A stretch of 25,853 nt of DNA from a virus (Duplodnaviria; Caudoviricetes). The position numbers were made by a program, and so were the translations under genes. The DNA lies in the IMG/VR virus record IMGVR_UViG_3300037119_003317, positions 1 to 25,853 of that record, one strand, 5' to 3'. The notes beneath the pieces were generated by a model, which saw only the letters and a program-made list of their open reading frames with translations, was not told where the DNA came from and did no database searches. Shown here piece after piece: positions 22,808 to 25,853 of this stretch (position 1 is its first letter; each line of letters opens with the position of its first letter).

Positions 22808-23155
22808 ATGAGCGAAGTTCACGTTCCCTTCGGGGACAGCGCGGCTGACACCGCCACACTGCTGCTCGCAGCCGCCGAGGAACTCGACGGTTTCGAGGCC
22901 AATGTGGTGAAGGTCAACCACGACAACGGTGGCGGCTTCACCGTCCCCGAGGAGGTGGCCAAGGCTGCCAAGTTGAAGCCCGAGGATCCCAACGCCGAGT
23001 TCCAGGCCGAGGTCGACTCCATCAAGGAAGGCTCCGAACTCCCGTCCCAGACGGTGACTTCGGAGGAGGCCGAGGTCAAGCAGCAGGCCGACCTCGCCGC
23101 CAAGGCCCCGGCCAAGAAGGCCGCAGCCAAGAAGTCCACCGCGAAGGGGAAGTGA
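22808..23155 (+). CDS. Hypothetical virion-module protein (115 aa, Lys/Ala tail)
   Basis: ATG after GAGGAG. TATLLLAAAEEL...GFTVPEEV. Confidence 0.75.
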   Translation: MSEVHVPFGDSAADTATLLLAAAEELDGFEANVVKVNHDNGGGFTVPEEVAKAAKLKPEDPNAEFQAEVDSIKEGSELPSQTVTSEEAEVKQQADLAAKAPAKKAAAKKSTAKGK

Positions 23156-23156
23156 C

Positions 23157-24023
23157 ATGCCCGAGCCGAAGTACATCCGGGGCAAGGCGTACCGGGTCAC
23201 CATGCTCGACGGATGTGGTGAACCTGTCCTGGGCCCCCAGTCCTCGGTGGCCAGCAACGGGTTCATCTCCGTCGCGCTCACCGCGAACAACTCAGCACCC
23301 GAAGCCATCGTCGTCACCAACGCCAACGGTGTCGACCTGGTGGACGACACGCCGACCGCGAAGTTCCGCAACTGGGGCATCGAGATCAACCTCATCGGTG
23401 GCAACCCGAACGTCCTCAACCTGTTGACGGGTGCACCGCTGGTGCAGAACGCCGACGAGGATGCGGTGGTCGGGTTCGACATCGACACCGCTGTGGATGT
23501 GGAGCTGCTCGGCTTCGCGCTCGAAGTCTGGACCGGGGTCTACCTCGACTCCTGCACTGACGGGGACGTGGAATATGGGTACTTCCTGATCCCGTTCGCC
23601 AAGGGCGGCACCATCGGGAACGTCACCTTCGAGAACGCGGCCATCAACCTCACGGTGACCGGCGCGATCTCGAAGAACGGCACCGGCTGGGGCGTCGGAC
23701 CCTACGATGTGGTCATGGACGAGTCCGACGTGGAAGGACCTCTCAACGTGGCCCTCACCACCACCAACCACTTCCACCACGAGGTCACGACGGTTCCGCC
23801 GCCGAGCGACCTGGACGGCGGAGTGGCCGCGCTCGGTGTGCTGGACGCCTCGGCAGCCGCCGGTACGCCTTCGGTCATCGCCGCGAACAGCTACTACAAC
23901 GCGGGGATGGTCGGCTCCACCGCCGCCCCGGGTACCGCCTGGACGGCGGGCCAGTACGCGGTCGACTGGGAAGGCAACGAGTGGCACTGGAACGCCACCA
24001 CCTGGATCGCGGGCCGCGCCTGA
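23157..24023 (+). CDS. Major tail protein
   Basis: IRGKAYRVTMLDGCG.P, GFISVAL, GFALEVWTG, YGYFLIPF and WGVGPYDV. Followed by a terminator. Confidence 0.8.
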   Translation: MPEPKYIRGKAYRVTMLDGCGEPVLGPQSSVASNGFISVALTANNSAPEAIVVTNANGVDLVDDTPTAKFRNWGIEINLIGGNPNVLNLLTGAPLVQNADEDAVVGFDIDTAVDVELLGFALEVWTGVYLDSCTDGDVEYGYFLIPFAKGGTIGNVTFENAAINLTVTGAISKNGTGWGVGPYDVVMDESDVEGPLNVALTTTNHFHHEVTTVPPPSDLDGGVAALGVLDASAAAGTPSVIAANSYYNAGMVGSTAAPGTAWTAGQYAVDWEGNEWHWNATTWIAGRA

Positions 24024-24042
24024 TCTCCTTCGGGGGAGACAC

Positions 24043-24080
24043 GGACCCCGAGCCCACCTCACCGGGCTCGGGGTCCTTTC
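24043..24080 (+). terminator. Rho-independent terminator
   Basis: 13-bp stem GGACCCCGAGCCC/GGGCTCGGGGTCC plus TTTC, preceded by a small cTTCGg hairpin (24024-24039). Confidence 0.85.
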
Positions 24081-24093
24081 CGGGTACCGTCCT

Positions 24094-24108
24094 GACTAGG
24101 ACCTAGTC
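24094..24108. promoter_or_regulatory. 15-bp palindrome B (GACTAGGACCTAGTC)
   Basis: Identical to 4991-5005. Lies between the terminator and the RBS of the glycosidase gene. Confidence 0.65.
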
Positions 24109-24133
24109 AAACGGGGCAACCAGAAGGAGCACC

Positions 24134-25279
24134 ATGAACGACAAGGCCAAGATCGCCGCCCTCGCTGGAGCAGGCATCCTGCTCGTCGGCGGCATCGTCG
24201 CCGTCTCGAACGCCTCGGACCCCGCAGACGAGGTATCCGCACTCGCCGCTGATGTCTGCGTGACCCCGCCGGACACGGCCACCATTCCCGAGGTCATCGA
24301 CTACATCAACTGCCTGCACGGCATCGTCGACCCCACCCCCACCCCGACAGAGGAGCCGACGCCGACTCCTACGGAGACCACGACGCCGACTCCCACCGAG
24401 GAACCTACCCCGACCCCCACGGAGACGCCCACACCGACTCCGACGCCCACTCCCACCCCTACCCCCACCCCGACCCCCACTGAGCCGCCAGCGGCCCTCA
24501 AGATCGTCGGCATGTCCGCCGGGGCCAGCCTGTGGAGCCAGCGTCTCGCCGAGGTCGGAGCCCAGGGCGTCACCGCACGCCGCATCTTCGCGGACCTCAC
24601 CAGTGACTGCCGGAACCAGTCGAACCTGATCGCGCAGGCCGTTCAGCAGCGCATGATGCCGGTGATCTCGTACAAGGTCCCGAACGTCACCACCCTCAAC
24701 AGCAACGGCTACGACTCGTGGCTCAACAACTGCAAGACCTACCTGAGCGGTCTCGGGGTCCAGGTCACCGTCACGTTCAACCACGAGCCCTACCCCGAAC
24801 TCACCGGGGCACAGTTCCTCGCCGGGTCCGCACAGTTCCTCGACCACGTACAGGGACCGAGGATCGCGGTGGGTCCGATCATGAACGGCTGGCTCCTGGA
24901 CAACCGGGTCGCCGACTTCGACGACTACTCCAGCCCCGCCCTGCTGGACCGCTGGGACTTCTTCGGTGTGGACACCTACCAGGCAGGCACCGTGGACAGC
25001 CCGGACGCCTCGAAGCCCGGTGGCCGCGCCATCCCGCTCCTGGAGACCTGGCTGGACGGGCAGGGCCACGGAGACATGCCCATCGGCGTCGGTGAGTACA
25101 ACGGGTACACCGCAGCCGCCATCACCTACGCGGGCAACCAGATCATCACCGTCCCCGAGGTGTGGTTCGGGCTCGTGTTCAACTCCGACGTGGGCGCCAA
25201 GGGCTACCCGCTGGAGGGCACCCGGCTCCAGGCCTACAAGAACACGAAGGCCGACCCCAGGGTCCGTCAGACCGGCTGA
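24134..25279 (+). CDS. Secreted or membrane-anchored clan GH-A (GH26-like) glycoside hydrolase with Pro/Thr linker
   Basis: N-terminal signal/TM segment, PT repeats, TFNHEP (acid/base), DFFGVDTY, PIGVGEYN (nucleophile), GAAGGAG RBS. Confidence 0.75.
   Translation: MNDKAKIAALAGAGILLVGGIVAVSNASDPADEVSALAADVCVTPPDTATIPEVIDYINCLHGIVDPTPTPTEEPTPTPTETTTPTPTEEPTPTPTETPTPTPTPTPTPTPTPTPTEPPAALKIVGMSAGASLWSQRLAEVGAQGVTARRIFADLTSDCRNQSNLIAQAVQQRMMPVISYKVPNVTTLNSNGYDSWLNNCKTYLSGLGVQVTVTFNHEPYPELTGAQFLAGSAQFLDHVQGPRIAVGPIMNGWLLDNRVADFDDYSSPALLDRWDFFGVDTYQAGTVDSPDASKPGGRAIPLLETWLDGQGHGDMPIGVGEYNGYTAAAITYAGNQIITVPEVWFGLVFNSDVGAKGYPLEGTRLQAYKNTKADPRVRQTG
24330..24490 (+). repeat. Pro-Thr linker repeat (coding)
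   Basis: PTPTPTEEPTPTPTETT... encoded with varied codons. Confidence 0.9.
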
Positions 25280-25282
25280 GAC

Positions 25283-25853
25283 ATGACGGTCACTCTCACC
25301 CTGGGCACCCCGAACCAGGGAACCACGGGGGCGACCTCCTACACGCAGGCCTCGCACCAGACGGACGACATCCTGATGCTGGGGACCGAGACCAACGTGA
25401 CCGCCGGGCTCTCCGACCCCACCACCCCCACCGGGTGCGTGGACGTGACCGGCTCACCCAGGACACAGGGCTCCAACGTCACCTGCAACACCACCTGGTG
25501 GAAACGTGCCGCCTCCGGCGCTGAGTCCAACTTCTCGGTGCCCGCCACCTCCGACCACCAGGTAGGGATCCCGTTCCGGCTGAGAGGCTGCATCACCTCC
25601 GGTGACCCCTGGGAGGTCATCTCCAACGACGGCCAGGCCACCGGCACCACCGGCAGGATCTACGACCCCTCGGGTGGCAACTCCCTGACCACCATCTCCG
25701 ACGACAACCTCGTGGTGTACGTCCTGTGCTGCTCCACCGACACCACCTCCGACAACTTCGCGGGAGCCATCACCACCGCACCCACCGGGCTCACCTCCTG
25801 GACCATCCACGACCAGCACTTCACCACCAACGGCAACGGCGGCGGGATGCTGT
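25283..25853 (+). CDS. Thr/Gly-rich beta-strand protein, probable virion fibre or minor tail protein (partial)
   Basis: Manual translation MTVTLTLGTPNQGTTGATSYTQASHQTDDILML...WWKRAASG... stays open to the window end. Confidence 0.65.
   Translation, partial: MTVTLTLGTPNQGTTGATSYTQASHQTDDILMLGTETNVTAGLSDPTTPTGCVDVTGSPRTQGSNVTCNTTWWKRAASGAESNFSVPATSDHQVGIPFRLRGCITSGDPWEVISNDGQATGTTGRIYDPSGGNSLTTISDDNLVVYVLCCSTDTTSDNFAGAITTAPTGLTSWTIHDQHFTTNGNGGGML

Noticed and set aside
13410-24130. CAACC-rich stretches before several RBSs
   Set aside because: Consistent with ordinary unstructured translation-enhancing leaders.
24330-24490. PT repeat as a contingency locus
   Set aside because: Codons are diversified, so this is an ordinary protein linker and not a slippage tract.

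Overview
High-GC tailed-phage DNA, almost certainly an actinobacteriophage or prophage whose head genes resemble those of cluster-B-like mycobacteriophages. The left arm (1-8313, minus strand) is a run of small, translationally coupled early or accessory genes, including an ArdC-like antirestriction protein and an HTH protein. A divergent control region (~7200-9150) separates it from the right arm (plus strand). The right arm encodes RHH proteins, VRR-NUC, small and large terminase, portal, a MuF/protease fusion, an inverted holin-endolysin cassette, separate hexamer- and pentamer-type capsid proteins, a major tail protein and a secreted GH26-like glycosidase. The most unusual content is non-coding: (1) eight exact copies of a 15-bp palindrome GATAAGC(G/C)GCTTATC and a second palindrome family GACTAGGACCTAGTC; (2) a perfect actinobacterial LexA box; (3) three leftward promoters sharing a spacer motif in the same register; (4) a 255-aa gene bracketed by a perfect 20-bp inverted repeat with a highly structured leader; (5) a stereotyped GTCATGA junction at 15 left-arm gene starts. 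All calls come from reading motifs by eye. No database searches or folding programs were run.
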